A stretch of 61,926 bases of DNA, filler included, from Choristocarpus tenellus KU-1152 (Eukaryota; Protista; Phaeophyceae), in NCBI GenBank assembly GCA_964200185.2. It is 5 parts of 5 records of this genome, joined end to end, with 100 filler letters (N's around TTAATTAATTAA, not from the genome) between each part and the next. Parts side by side here need not be neighbours in the genome. Positions count along the whole stretch, not along the records: positions 1 to 29,899 come from CAXNAD020000097.1; 4 more parts are not named here. The stretch is one strand, 5' to 3'. Positions 1 through 13,515 of this stretch are shown here, in pieces (position 1 is the stretch's first letter; each line of letters begins with the position of its first letter). A program made the translations under genes and the position numbers. The notes beneath the pieces were generated by a model. It was not told the DNA's origin, searched no databases, and saw nothing but the letters and a program-made list of their open reading frames with translations.

Positions 1-302
1 CCCTGTAGGTACATTAAAATACCAGGGCACAGGCATCCTCCCCAATGAACTGCTCAACCCTTATGTAGTGTGCCACACTACTGTAATGGTTTAGTTGTGT
101 TGGTATTGATATAGTAGCATTAGAGTAGTTGGCAGCTGAACACAGGGGCCTGGTGCATAGTGAGCTCACTAGAGCGCAGTTGCAGTTGAAGAGATAGCGA
201 GGTGTTCACTTTTTTCACTTTTTTTAACCTTTAGATGCCCTTCTAGCTAAGCTATTTTTTACCTTGAGTATACATGCAAACACACACACTTTGAGTGGTC
301 AG

Positions 303-3300
303 AGTCTGAGGGATGGGGAAAGGCTGTGCCAGTTGAGGAGGGATCCAGCAAGCTCTCGGGGTCGGGGAAGGGCTTCAACACGCTGGCAGACTATTTGTTT
401 GGGAACAATACTGATGACTTGGCAATGGATATGACAACCCCTGTGGCCATCGACAAGAGCAGCAACGGAGTAAGGTCAGATGCAGTACTACTGTGTAGAG
501 TGGAGCTACAGGCATGTATGTAGCTCTTATCATTTGCTCTAGAAATGCTCACTTATTGCTGCCAGTGAAGTAGCAATGCAATGTTGATATTGTTCTTACT
601 CACAGACGGTTTGGTTAGGGTGAACAGAGCCATTGTGATATACTGCCAAATTTTGTTTTTTATGGGACATGTAGATCTCTTGGTGTCTCTCAGACATTTG
701 TATTGCGGAATCTATTAGGATTAGGGTTAGGGGAGGTGGAACAAGGGGACAACATTTACCCAAAGATATTGTCGCAATCACGCATGGGACCTCTTTTTGC
801 GTATCATACCCATCCTGTGGAGTCCTGTGACTATAATTCATAGTATTTTTAACGCTTTAGTTCTTAAAATTGGATTGTAACTGTTTCTACCTTTTCCCAA
901 TCACTGTGTGCCATGTAGTCAAGAACTTGTGGTGAGTGAAAAAAACACTCTAATTATCCCATGTAGTGATGTATGCTGTCTGTAGGATGCAACTAGGATG
1001 TGTAGATGATACCATCCGTGATGGTGGTATCAAATGTTCTTCACACCAATGCATCAATGTCACAATGACCCAACAGCTTGTTTTTTTGTTGACCTCAGGA
1101 AGATGTGGTTTGTGATGCCTAGTGATATCACTGCAGAAAATGCACCTCAGCCAAGAGATGAGAGTGTTGTTGTGAGACAAATCCCTGATGGAGAATTGCT
1201 GGCTGTCAGAGCATTCCCAGGTATGCATAGGCTCAATTAAACTATGTGTGTGTAGCATGGACGTTTTACAGTTTATCTTCCTGGGTCATAGGTCCCTGAG
1301 TGGAATTCTATGGGTAACAGGGGTGGCAAAGGAGGAGTAGCGGAATGCCATGCGTAACTCTCTGGCTGGGGAATATGCTCTTGGAATTTGGTGTGTGGAG
1401 GGAAGTGTTTGGACCACAGACATGCCACCACAGACATACCAGTGTTATCCCTGGGGTAACATTTATCCCTCAAGGCATGTTTGCAGCTCAAACCTTCCTT
1501 TCACCTCCTCAATTTCTTTGAATACTTCTCAGCCAGATGGTGATGTATAAATGGCACTTACTTTCTGTCTGTCACTGGTCTTGTTGTCCAGCATCCTCAT
1601 GTTCTTTACCAACCCGTTCAAGCCAATGACAACATTGGCTAGTGGCATTGGCTAGGTCATCCCTCACGGGAAAGTGAGGAGAACTCGGCTTGGATTGCAA
1701 CGTTGCTTGCTCATTTGCCCTATTTTGGCAAAACAATGGTTACAGAGGGTTTCACACCCCTCCGGCGGGCTCTCGTTCATCTTGCTAACGCCTTCACATA
1801 TGTTAACAAGTCACTCATTGTAATGGTTGCTTCTTGAATTTGTCTCCATGATCTGCCACCAGGAGGTGATGTTCGTTGACTAGTGCTTCTTTCCACTCAC
1901 CTGCAGAAGGTTAAGGTTAGGAAACTGTTTTTGTACCTTGAAAATACTCCCTGTTGATATTGGTCAACTTCAGACAGTAGAAGAATCACCCTCTGGTTCT
2001 TGTTCTGACCCTAACCCTACCTATGGCTGCTGCAGCCTCCTCTTACTTCATGAAGGTCCACCTTGTCACCACTTAGATTTGTGATGGCATCAGTCACGAG
2101 AAGTGTCCAACTCCATCTCCACAGTTATTCAGGACCCCCCTCTGATCAAACCGCGTTATCCTTGAGACCTTAGGACGCATTAGAGAGTTCTATTGTTCCT
2201 ATTGTATCAAGGAGACGGATTCATTCTTGGACTGGACTTAAATGTAGGTGGTTTGGTTATTTTTGTTGTATGATGGGAAGGAGTGGGAATGAGACCCTCC
2301 AACAAGGCTCATTACTATGCTCCAAGGAGTGCTCATTACTATGCTCCAAGGAGTGCTCATTACCTATGTCTACTCATCTCCTGTGCCATGAACCTAACAT
2401 TCATCCATCATCAATATGATCAATCCTGCAACACCCCTGAATCAATGTACCAATTGAACTTTTCAATGTCCTACAATAATTGTATTTCACCCCAATGTTC
2501 TGTTCTGCCTAACACTATCATACCCTATTCAAAAACTGAGGCATTTTCTTAACAGGATTGTTGTTGTAAGTGCCTGGGTTGAACTTCTTATTTCCAAGTG
2601 TGTTGCACATATGATAGGTATTGGTTTCAACCTCCACAGCAACATTCACCCACTAGACTAGACTAGACTAGACTAGACTAGACCAGACCAGACCAGACTA
2701 GACTAGACTAGACTAGACTAGACCAGACTAGACCAGACTAGACTAGACTAGACTAGACCAGACTAGACTAGACTAGACCAGACTAGACTAGACTAGACTA
2801 GACCAGACTGTATCATCTGCCTGCCTGTCGGTATCTTGAAGTAACTTCCATCTTAGGTTTCAGCTGCTGCTCATGTTTGTTTTGAGCATGAAACCCTGAC
2901 GAAAATGCTGTTCTGACCTTCTCAGACTATTGTTAGTAGCTAGAGTTTTTGTTTGTCCGTGGTTTTACAAGTATGAATACCCACTACATTGAGAGTTGAG
3001 TTGAAAACTGCATTGGTAAGGTTAGGGTTCGACCAGGGACTGTTGTATGTTGCTGAAACAGAGTGGGTTAGGGTTAAGGCAATTTGTTTTGTCAGGGTTA
3101 GGGTTGAGTTTGTTATCTTCTTGTGCCAAGGTAACCAGTCACAGTAGTCATACTAATAATTTTTATTTAGTGATCGTTGAGGTAGGGGGCTTGCACAGAT
3201 AACATCGTTTTGGCCAATGGGATGACTTGTATGTCAAATTGATCCAAATGTTCACGTTCTTTTCTTCCAATCTATGTTATGTCATCCTCCATACAGTCAA

Positions 3301-3635
3301 CAGTCAATGGTCACAACTTTCCTCTTGGATATGGAAATTTGCTACAAAATTATCCAGGATTTGCCACAGGTGGTGAAGTGACCCGGCAACTCTATACACT
3401 ACTTGGAGCCCTCACTCGAGAGGCCACAGAGCCATGGGATGAATCATCTCAATCCTCTCTTTGGCAAGCACAGGACCCTTCTGGAGCAAGCTACCGTATC
3501 ATGCAATATAACCCCCCCTACACCCTCCCCTGGCTAAAGCGGAATGAGGTGGCTGTGCAAGTGATCAAGTCAACCAAGCCAGTAGAACAGCTTGCTAAGT
3601 TGAGAGACGTAAACAGTACCTCTCTCAATGATTAA
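303..3635 (+). CDS. SOUL/HBP haem-binding protein, 3' part (5' exons lie outside the window)
   Basis: Exons ~303-474, 1099-1220 and 3358-3635 join in frame through GT-AG introns (AG|gtcaga...cctcag|G; CCAG|gtatgc...atccag|GA). The product has the SOUL motifs GFNTLADYLFGNN...MDMTTPV, MWFVMPS...APQPRDESV and QYNPPYTLPWLKRNEV. The acceptor of the first visible exon is uncertain. Confidence 0.9.
2307..2363. repeat. 24-bp tandem repeat, ~2.4 copies, in a SOUL intron
   Basis: GCTCATTACTATGCTCCAAGGAGT twice plus a partial copy. Confidence 0.9.
2653..2809. repeat. (CTAGA/CCAGA)n pentanucleotide microsatellite
   Basis: About 31 consecutive 5-nt units, directly visible. Confidence 0.95.
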
Positions 3636-5699
3636 GGGAGGTAAGGGGTGCCTGGCTGCTACTAGATGTATCCCTCCACATGGAAGATACCTAGTGCTGA
3701 ATGTACAGACTGACAAGAGGTTCATGCTCCACTACTCAATACTCTGGATCGAAATTGTAGAGTAGTTTGTCCACAGTCACAGGGACATCCTTCACGTATT
3801 GCAATGTTTATATTATTCAATGGAAATATGTATATGTACGTAGATGTGTTGGATGATATTCGGGCTGCAGTCATTCTCAGGTGATGTTTCTGCCCCAAGC
3901 GTTGGGTGATGCAGATGAGGGTGCAATATTGTGTATGTTGTCCATTGATGCACCAGATTGATTGGATTCTTGTTGTGGGACTTGTGTGCATTTACAAGCC
4001 AATGTTTCAATGCTTAGGATTGCTGCTCTAGTTGGTGTTTTAATTTATCTGTGTGTGTGGTGGAGAGGATATCACTATGTATCAGTGCAGTATGATCACT
4101 ATTGTAGCGCCGTATATATGTTATTGGTAAGATGCATCCCATCTTTTTCAAGCTCTTTGAATGATAATAATATCTCAATTGCACATAGGGCTATAGCCCT
4201 AAACCCTATGAAGAACACATCTTGGTCATCTGGCCAGGGTGTAATAGTAGGAGTGATAATTCGCTTGTGTTGACTTGCTACTTCAAAATATCATCACCAG
4301 AAAGCCCTAACCCCTTTAAATATATTTTTGTGCAACTCTAGAGCCCTTGCGTGCATTGTACTTGACTGGGGATTGTGCAGCACCCAGTAATGCATGGTGG
4401 ACAATGTTCCTCTGCCCAGTCTGGTCTCTTGTGAGGGCGAAGTCGTTCTGATGCACTAGTAGTAGTATTGGTAATGAATCCAATGTATAGTGATGAGTGG
4501 TTCATTGGTCAAGAGATTAGTTTTTAGCATTTTTTCTGATTAAGGCATGTTTGAAGTCATTCTTCATACTTTCCAGCTTCCCCCAGTCTTACTTGGGCAG
4601 GCACTGCTACAGTACCATTGTGGCTGTATGGAAATGATATAATAATTCACTACACAGAAAAACAGCAAAGTGTGCATGTCCAGAGATGACAACTTCTATG
4701 GGATGGTCTGGTGTGAGGTGTGACATAGAAGTCATATTCTTCTTTCAAGCAGGGATGTGGTGAGTGATACATGTCTCTTTGATATTACTTTAGTAGTAGT
4801 TGGATGATCATTTATTGCATTTCAAGGGATGTCATTATTGATGTACTATATTTTCCCTTTCAATTATTCTTATTCATGGTATCAAGACAAGTCAAGTATC
4901 TCTATTTGCACATACTATTTGTTAATGTCATATGTACATACTTCATTACAGTAATATATTTTACTATATGCATACAATACAGTGATGTCATCGTAGACAA
5001 TACCTCTGTGGAGTAGTTTGAAGTGCCTGCTTCACATGCTCAATTTGGACTGCAGTGTTAGAGTTCACATCTTCAGCAGCTTTCATGCTCCCTAACCCTA
5101 ACTTGTTTCCCCGAAGAAATGGAAGATGACATTTTGTCAGAGTCTCAGCACTATGGAAGACTGGAAGTCTGATATAGGAGGTGATCGTGATTCAAGTGGG
5201 GGTACAAGGGGGAGGGAATGAATGTAAATGTGCTACTCGAGCTGGAGTGGTTGTTGCAGTCTCTTCTTTGCACTGAGCTAGACAACTTGAGGGACATGCA
5301 TGAGTTAATTGAGCGATTTTGTGATGTGATTGTGATGTGATTGTGATGCATCTCTGCAATTGTGAAGCGTCATGCCTACATAGGGTTAAGGTTTTCTGAT
5401 TCTATTGCAACGGTATGGGAGTTACAAACTCGAAGGTATTCACTGTGCAACTTTGAATGATAATGGTCGCATGCACATGAATTCTAAAATACTACTACTC
5501 TGGAATAGATGGTATATTACATTGAATGTTGATGATTGATGCAACAGTGGTACTCCTCAACTCTTTTTTCCACACTGGCAATGACAAAAATGGGAAAAGG
5601 CCTCACTACTGCTATTGCGCAAACACTACAATCTGACTTGATTTTGCTGAAATCAGTAATTTATCGAGTGACAGTAAGCTCCTGACCTTGGCCTGTGTT

Positions 5700-8600
5700 T
5701 ACCCAAGTGTTGAACTTGGGTTTTGTAGTGAGTGGGCAGTCTTCCTTGCCGCTTTGGACCACAGGAAGGAAGTGGTGACACAAACCCATCTGATTTTTGA
5801 AGTCCTCCCTTTGTGCTTCTTCATTACCATGTCAGAGTATGTAGAAACCCAAGTCATTGGAGATAACTTTTTCAGTAACATTGGGACTAGCATGTGGCAA
5901 TATGCAGTGGTAGTTCATGGTTTCTCCTCTCTCCATAGATCAATGCCTCCTCTAAACCCTGTTCAAGCTATCAGTGTTTAGGCAACCCTAAGTGGACCTC
6001 ACTACATCAATAGATGTTAACAAATCTGCTTGTGAAGATATTCTAGTAGAGAAATGGCAGGATTGTGATAATTGTGATACTACCCTCTGCAGACAGGGTA
6101 GATAGATGCAACATGCTCCTGGAAAAAGTTAAGGGACTTGAAAGGGATTAGCACATTCTTCCCTTTGGGAACTCTCACCCCGTCGATTGTAGTGCACCTG
6201 TTCATCTTACAATTACCAAGCTGAATGTCTCAGGTGGCACTTAACTCTTCATGCAACACAGACATCATTTGAACAGGGACAATATTTCGCAATCCAGGTG
6301 AAGTTCTGTCTACTCAAGTGCAACAGTGTCTTAATGGTGGTATTCCAAGGTACTAGTAGCAGTGTGGTTGCCTGATGACATCTGATTGTGTTTCCTTGTG
6401 ATGAGGAAAACCCATGTACTCATCATAGTCCAACTAAACCACACCAAAATGTTATTAAGAAAGCCTGCTTGACCCTCCGACCCACAGCAGAAACTGATTG
6501 ATGCAACTCCTAGTGAGCTGAAGTGATTACTGTTGTGATCAGCGTTTTTTTGAGGCAAACAGAAAATGCATTCGCAGTATTATACCAGCAGCATATTGTC
6601 AGTCCACATATGCCTGAGGTACAGGACAGTTGCTGCAGTTCACATTGGAGCATTTGGCAGGGCCAAGCGCTCTCTTTGTTGATGTCACTTTCAGGTACTA
6701 GGGTAGTGAGAGATCTTCTCCCCTGAAAGAGAACTCATAGTCCGCTGTCACCCTATTTAATATTCCTAACTCCAATAACTTCTTGTTGCCAGTAGATAGT
6801 ATGTGGGTGGCGAGTACTTTGATGTTGACAGCCTCTACAACAGGTGTTCTCTTACAATGAACAACCATGCAATAGCAGTGGGAACTCTACATCATCTACT
6901 ATGACACACCTGCTTAGCTCCTTGGCTTTCTGTGACTGAACACTCTGTATGTGTGGTTTCTGAGCATGCCTTACAGCAACGTGTTTTTGCCTCATACTCA
7001 CCATTTGCTTCACTTGAGTTTTCCATGAAAAGAACATCACCTTGCACGGAAATGTCAAGCCGAAGAAGAGTGTTGGGTCATAGGGTTGGGGTATCAAGTC
7101 ATGTGCTGTAGGTCAACAGTAGGTAAACGTTAAGGACTGGGTCAAGTCGAGATGTAAGCTCAAGCAACAATCATGAAGGTCAAGAATAAACCTCATACCA
7201 TTAGGAATACTCTGGAGTATATACTTATGTTCTTGCCAATATGCAACGTCACAAAAATGCTTGTTTTCACTCTTCAGCTTGGTAGGTGAGGAATGTACCA
7301 TACCTACCACAACTAGTACTGAGTGGAAGGTTCCGTTGACTCTGTATATTGTCATCATTTGGATGGTTGGATTAACTTGAGGTGCTTTTGGGTAGTATAG
7401 TGTCACAACATCGTGGCCTTCACAGCACCCTACACATGTGAAACAGAAATATCAATGTGTAGAATTATAGCAGAGAGTTGGCAGTTTTGCTTTGCAGACA
7501 TTTCTTGTCTGCCATCTGCTTGGCATAGAGTATTCTAGACATAATACTATTTTAAGGTGTTTCAACTAGAAGGGGGAGGGTAGAGATATGAATGTTGTTC
7601 TGTTCATGATCGCAGGCTACTATTTCCTCTCTCTGCTTTCTCTTGATGTTGATTCATGTGTGCCCATGGAAGTATGGTTAGTTTTGACTGTACAGTGCTA
7701 ACCCTAACCCTATCTTCGAAGCAAATACAGAAGAAGACCAATGCTGACCAAAAAGAAAGTCTGACCAAAGTCTGTGGAAATGATGTGAGAATTATGTGCT
7801 TCTCAGTCCTACGCTCAGATGGGAACAGCAAGGGGTTGAGGGGGGAAAGATGTAATATTGTTAGGTGGTAAGGATAACTTGTGGGGGGCAGAATGGTGAT
7901 AGAGGGTGATATCAACAATCCTTGTAGGGCATGCTGTTAACTGCCGAGATGTGAGGTGTCTTGCAGGTGTGCGGGGTCCTCATAGACCAAATGGCCACAC
8001 TACCTCTATGCTGATGTTGGAAATTGCCTCCATACTCCATGCAACCTGACGAGACTCTGCCAGAAGTCTGCTGATGAGACAGGCAGATTCCTCTTTTCCT
8101 GCAGCAATCGCCTCATACCAGGCAGTAAAAACCTGGATCATACCAGTTGCACCAAGGAGGGCATTTAGGCTATAGCCCAATTTGAGGAGGTATACTACGT
8201 ACTTGGGAGTATGTGTCATTGCTGGAGGGTCCATGCCATCAAATAGTGAGATTGGTCCTTTTGTAGATCACAATCCTTTGCATTGCACATATGCCCCTTT
8301 CTCTCATGTATGCTGATAGTCTTTTGTCCTGTCCATCCTCAATCATCATTTTAAGGCTAGGGATAAGGTTCTGGAAGAGTACTGTCATACGACCGTGTTT
8401 GTAATATACGTGGTAATTATCTTCCCTTTCTTCATTCTTCTTAACTCTTTTTCATCTTGTTATAGTTGCAGCCCTCCTTCCTCTTGTTTCCTGTCCTCTT
8501 CTTTTCACTGATGATCATCCTACACATCTGAAAGAAAAAGCAGTGAGACACACTTGCACTCATCAAGTCACTCATCAAGCAAAAAAACCCAGTTCTTCTC

Positions 8601-9753
8601 CCATTAATAGCACCATCGATGCATTCACCTTTGCCTTGATCCTTCTTGAAGAGGACAATTCCTCAAAAACCCTGTTTGTAATACACGAGGGCCAGCATGA
8701 GAGGGAATAGTTGACACTCTTTTGTTAGTTGGGAAAGTGTTAAGCCTCTCATCACCTCTTCTGAAGTTAGATACAATCATTCCTCTCCATTATCGGATCT
8801 AATAAGGGTCTTCTGATAAGGGTCTTCTGATAAGGGTCTTCTGATAAGGGTCTTCTGATAAGGGTCTTCTGATAAGGGTCTTCTGATAAGGGTCTTCTGT
8901 TGTACCAAGAATAAGACATATTTGACCGACACATTATGGAGTGTGAACTATCTAATGAGAATGTGATACTGGTCGGGAATAATGCAAACGTCAAGTGAGC
9001 CTAGTTGCCAACTGCTCGCCACGATGCCAGACAGTACTATCCTGGCTCAACTGGAGAATGGGGACACATTCCCTACTACAGCCCCCCCCCTTTTTCGAAT
9101 TCCTACGTTGTATAGGCTATGAACTCCCGAACTCTCTGTTCTTTACTGACTTTAGGGTACCTGCTAAGCATTTGGCACATAAAAAAAGCTCTTGCTTTCG
9201 AGATTCTACAACTAGATATCATCAGCAGTAAGGAGGACAAATGGCTCATGAGCTCTTTCCATTTCGTCATGTGTACTCAACCACTAAGTCAGCTGATTCA
9301 TGACATCTTGTGCGACCAACACAGTGAGTAGTAGCCTAGCTGTCGTACCCTGTCTAGTTGGTAAGCTATTCTTCAGGTGAACATCATATATATCTTCTTT
9401 CTTGCTGAGGTGCTGTTTTTCTGCTTGCATCGAGTATTCTAACGCACGCTTCTTTGTCACAAAGGACTTGTATGGTCCATGATGACCAACCCTCTTGGAA
9501 ATGAGACTGACAAGTTGAGGACTTCAGAACTCCCACTAATTTGGGTACCAGGCTCAAGAGGAGATAATTGTGCGCAAAACAATTTGGAGAGTGCTCACTT
9601 CATAACATGATGTTTCTTTTCAAGGAGTCGACCATTGCCCAAATTTGAGACCTCCCTCGTCTTTTTTTTTGCTTTGTTTACAACATCAAGAGCTTCATTC
9701 AATTTCCCCCAGTTACACGTGGCGTCGTTTCCTCCCTCATCTGCCACAGCCAT
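5700..9753 (-). pseudogene. Possible decayed, short-intron coding relic of unknown function (probably TE-derived), divergent from the RSH gene
   Basis: Candidate exons 9753-9599 and 9506-9349 splice in frame across a 92-nt GT-AG intron (MAVADEGG...HHVMN-LISKRVGHHGPYKSFVTKKRALEY...). Downstream minus-strand frames are long but broken by stops. No family recognised. Confidence 0.25.
8802..8899. repeat. 14-bp minisatellite, 7 perfect copies
   Basis: (ATAAGGGTCTTCTG)7. Confidence 0.95.
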
Positions 9754-10385
9754 CTTGGGTTCACTTGTTGTGCTGGTAGATGAGCATGATGGATAGAAAC
9801 GATGAGGGTTGTTGGTTGTAAAGGCTCTAGGTTCTAACGAGGCTGGAGAACAAGGTGCACTGCTTGAGAAAAGGTGCTCCAGGAAGATCGTGGGTGGAGA
9901 AGCCTTATAAATCGAAAGGACTTGCAAGCACACATTTTTCACTATCTGCTGTGTCATGTACGATATGTTTTTGGGACCTGAAAATAGTCTTCCGCGACAA
10001 CTGCTCAGCTTTCTTCGACATGAGATTCGACTACACACCCTATCTTCCATCTCAACTCTACATGACTTGCACCGTTTGATGAACCTCCTTGTTTCTGTTT
10101 GGGTTTGATTCGTGATGCTGGATCGAGCGTTGATCGGTCATATACCATGGTTCGCTTGCCCTGTTCTGGGGAACGAGGCAAATGTCATATGAGTTGTCAA
10201 TTTTGGAGTGACTAAAAACATCCCATTCCCAATTGAAGAACAGAGGAAGCGATGAACGTTTCTCATGTTCTGGAATAGGTTTAGTGTAAGGAGAAGAAGA
10301 GACATGATACGAAGCCTTAACCCTAAATCTCACCAAAACTTCAAAAAACCCACTCCACCCCACCGTCACCCAGAACACATCAACA

Positions 10386-13300
10386 ATGTGCCTTTCGAAG
10401 GCCGCCCTTGGGGTGGTGGTGCTGAGCCTGGTTGTAGGAGTACTACCCATGCACCCTCGAACAGCAGGACTTATCCTGGAGGCGAGGGTGTCGGCTCATC
10501 GTCTTCGCACGATGCCGGTGGAACGTGTTGTTAGAAATGGCAAACCAACATTTCCAGAGTCTTTGCGCGAATCGAGGCCCCCCAAAGAGTCGGAGATCAT
10601 GAAATCAAGGAAGAGACCCAGGACAAAATCTGGCGGCGGCAAAAAGAGTAAGGGGATAAGCAAATCCCAGAGGTTGAAAATTGTCCAGACCATCCGACAC
10701 CAGCAGGTAGGAGTATTCTCGACCTACCTTTGCCACGTGTTATTTCACACAAAGCAACTGTGAACAGTAGAGTATGACTCCCATCGAGTCGTTTGGGTTG
10801 ATAATAGGTGATCCGCTATGTTTCGATGCACTTCGCAGTGCTTTCGAGAGACTTCAGTCGATTATCCTGTGAGGCCAATACTTTGATTTGCAAAACGACC
10901 TTCGTTTATCTTTTTGGACAGCCTACCTTTCCACCTTGTGAACCTTGGCATCCCACATGGGTCGAGATGAGAGTAATTATTGCAGCGTTGCCCTTATACA
11001 AGTTTTTTTAGGCCTTTCTATCAGGAAAAGATGGGATGGGTCGTAAGAATGACAGGGGAAAACGTGATGACCCTCACAGGGGATATGAAGCAAGATTCAG
11101 TCCAGTCATCTTCAACGATGTGGTGATCTGTAATGGAAGTGTCCGGTGTAATATTGACTAGAGGCTGAATTCCCAGCTGGGCTAGGAGTACACAAACCTA
11201 GATGCTAACATTGTTCTGTGGTCAAAGGGAGTTACCCTCATATCCCGATTTCGAGGAAGATACTTATCCTGAGATGAGACATCATGGTTTAGCAATATCA
11301 TGGTTTAGCAATGGTATAGGATCACTTGATAGGCGCTTTGCTGCAATACGTGCGAGAGCGGGAAGGGCCCACCCTTGTATGCGGAGACTTTAACCCGCTC
11401 GGTACTATGTGATGAAGATCATTGCTGGAACCTTGCTACGGAACACTAAGATATCTTTGAAAGATTAATGTGCATGGAACCCTATAACCACGACTCCCAC
11501 ACGACCTGGAAGTTTGTTGGTTTCCTTGCAGTTGCCCCCTTGGGCCCTGTTCAGTATCATTTCTCATGATCATTACTTCATGCTTCGTTCTGTAGACCAA
11601 GTTCTACTAGAGCCTATTGATACAACTATTTCCCTAGTAGTACGCATTATTAATATCGTAATAAATGTATGCAATACTTGGAAGTACGTGTCGTATAGCG
11701 CCCTACCCTAACTTGCAGTGTTGCAACATCCATTCAGAGTACGGTTTCCCATATCAAACTTCTCCTTTCTTCCCCTGCTTCTCTGATTGATGTAATGCCC
11801 TTGTTATATATGTATAGTTTTGTTTATTGTTTTGCTGTTACCGCCTATTAATGGCAATTTAATAGCAATACAGTTACATATAATATTTTTCTGTACTCCC
11901 TTTCAGTTGTTGAGACTATTTGCCATGTCCCTATTTATTGTTGTTACTTTCTACTTGCACAATGTACTTTATGACTATATTACAATGTGCTATATTACAA
12001 TGTACTATATTACAATGTACTATATTACAATGTACAATGTAGGGTCGTGACGCTGGGCGGGTGTCAGACCTCTCGGAGATGCTGGCTACTGGTCTGCCGT
12101 ACCTGACCCAGGAGGAGGCCAAGGAACTTCAAGTAGCCCTGGGAGTGTCCCAGTACGCTCAGTCAATGACCAGTCACAGTCGTCATGGTAGAGACTCCCA
12201 TCTCCATGTCAAGGTATGGTTTGCCCCTATGGGTATGGAAATGGTTTGGTACAAGTGTGATCTGGGCACCTGCTAAATTACAGTGTATGCTAATCATAAT
12301 CAAAGTTGGTCATACTTAGGGTTAGGGTTATGTTCTTCAGATGGCTATTAATAATGTTGATTGTTATACTGCATGTTACATTGCATTGTACTGTTGTGGT
12401 TAGGGTTAAGGTCTTCTTTTCTACTGCTATGGCTTGAGGAGGTTAAGTGTGTATCATGTTCACGATGAGGTCAACCAGCCCAAACACTGCCATTAAAGGT
12501 CATACTTGTGGTGCTGCCCTGATACTACTTAAATATAGTAATGGTTAGGGTTAGGGTTTGAAGTGCCGTGCACTTCCACTGCTGAATGGAAGAGCTGTCA
12601 TTTCAGGTGATTGTAGTCCCTCAAATGATTGTAGTCCCACAAATGATTGTAGTCCCTCAAATGATTGTAGTCCCACAAATGGTTGTAGTCCCACAAATGG
12701 TTGTAGTCCCACAAATGATTGTAGTACTTAGTACGGTATGGTACCACATTACATGTCCCACTTTACATGTACCACACACTGTGGAGTACCAAGTCCTGTT
12801 TTGATACCATGTAATGTATGCTATCACTTCAAACTTTTTTTGCAAGCCAGTACACAGTTGGTCTCTGTGATACACCCTATATATCAAATATATGCTTGAG
12901 GATCAATATATCTAGCTGCACTTCACACAGGCAAGATGGAAGGAGTCGGTGTTTCTCCCCAGGCATTGATATTCACTGCTTGTCTCCCCCACCCTTTTGC
13001 AAAGGCTAAGCTCTTGCCCTCTTGAGTACACATTGAAGTAGACATTGAAGTAGACAGTGAGGTGGTTGCAGTTGCCTCGTGCCAAATTTTAAATTGATTT
13101 CTTCCTTGAGAAGTAGGACAAGTGATAATGTGGTCAATACATGGACTTGAAGCTTAGACTGTGTTCTGTCACAATCCAATGTTAAAAGAATCTACACTGT
13201 AATTCTTTTTAACTGTACTATCCGATAAATTTAATTTTTAACTCTGATTATGTAAAAACCAATTGATCATGAGTTGGGCGACAACTAGTTTGCGATACCC

Positions 13301-13484
13301 CAAAAGCATGGGAATTGAAAGCCCACCATCTAAGCTTCATTTTGATTTGTTCACTGCTGTTTGATAATATTTTATACTTATTGAGAGGATAATTACACAC
13401 TTGATCGAGGGTGATGGGAGTATTCCGAGAGGTGATGCAAGGTAATCAGCGACAGTACACTGAGGTCACAAATAACGGAGATTG

Positions 13485-13515
<31 letters not shown>

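Noticed and set aside
10058-10534. Overlapping ORFs around the RSH start as separate genes
   Set aside because: No recognisable motifs. They are shadow ORFs of a GC-richer promoter and first-exon region.
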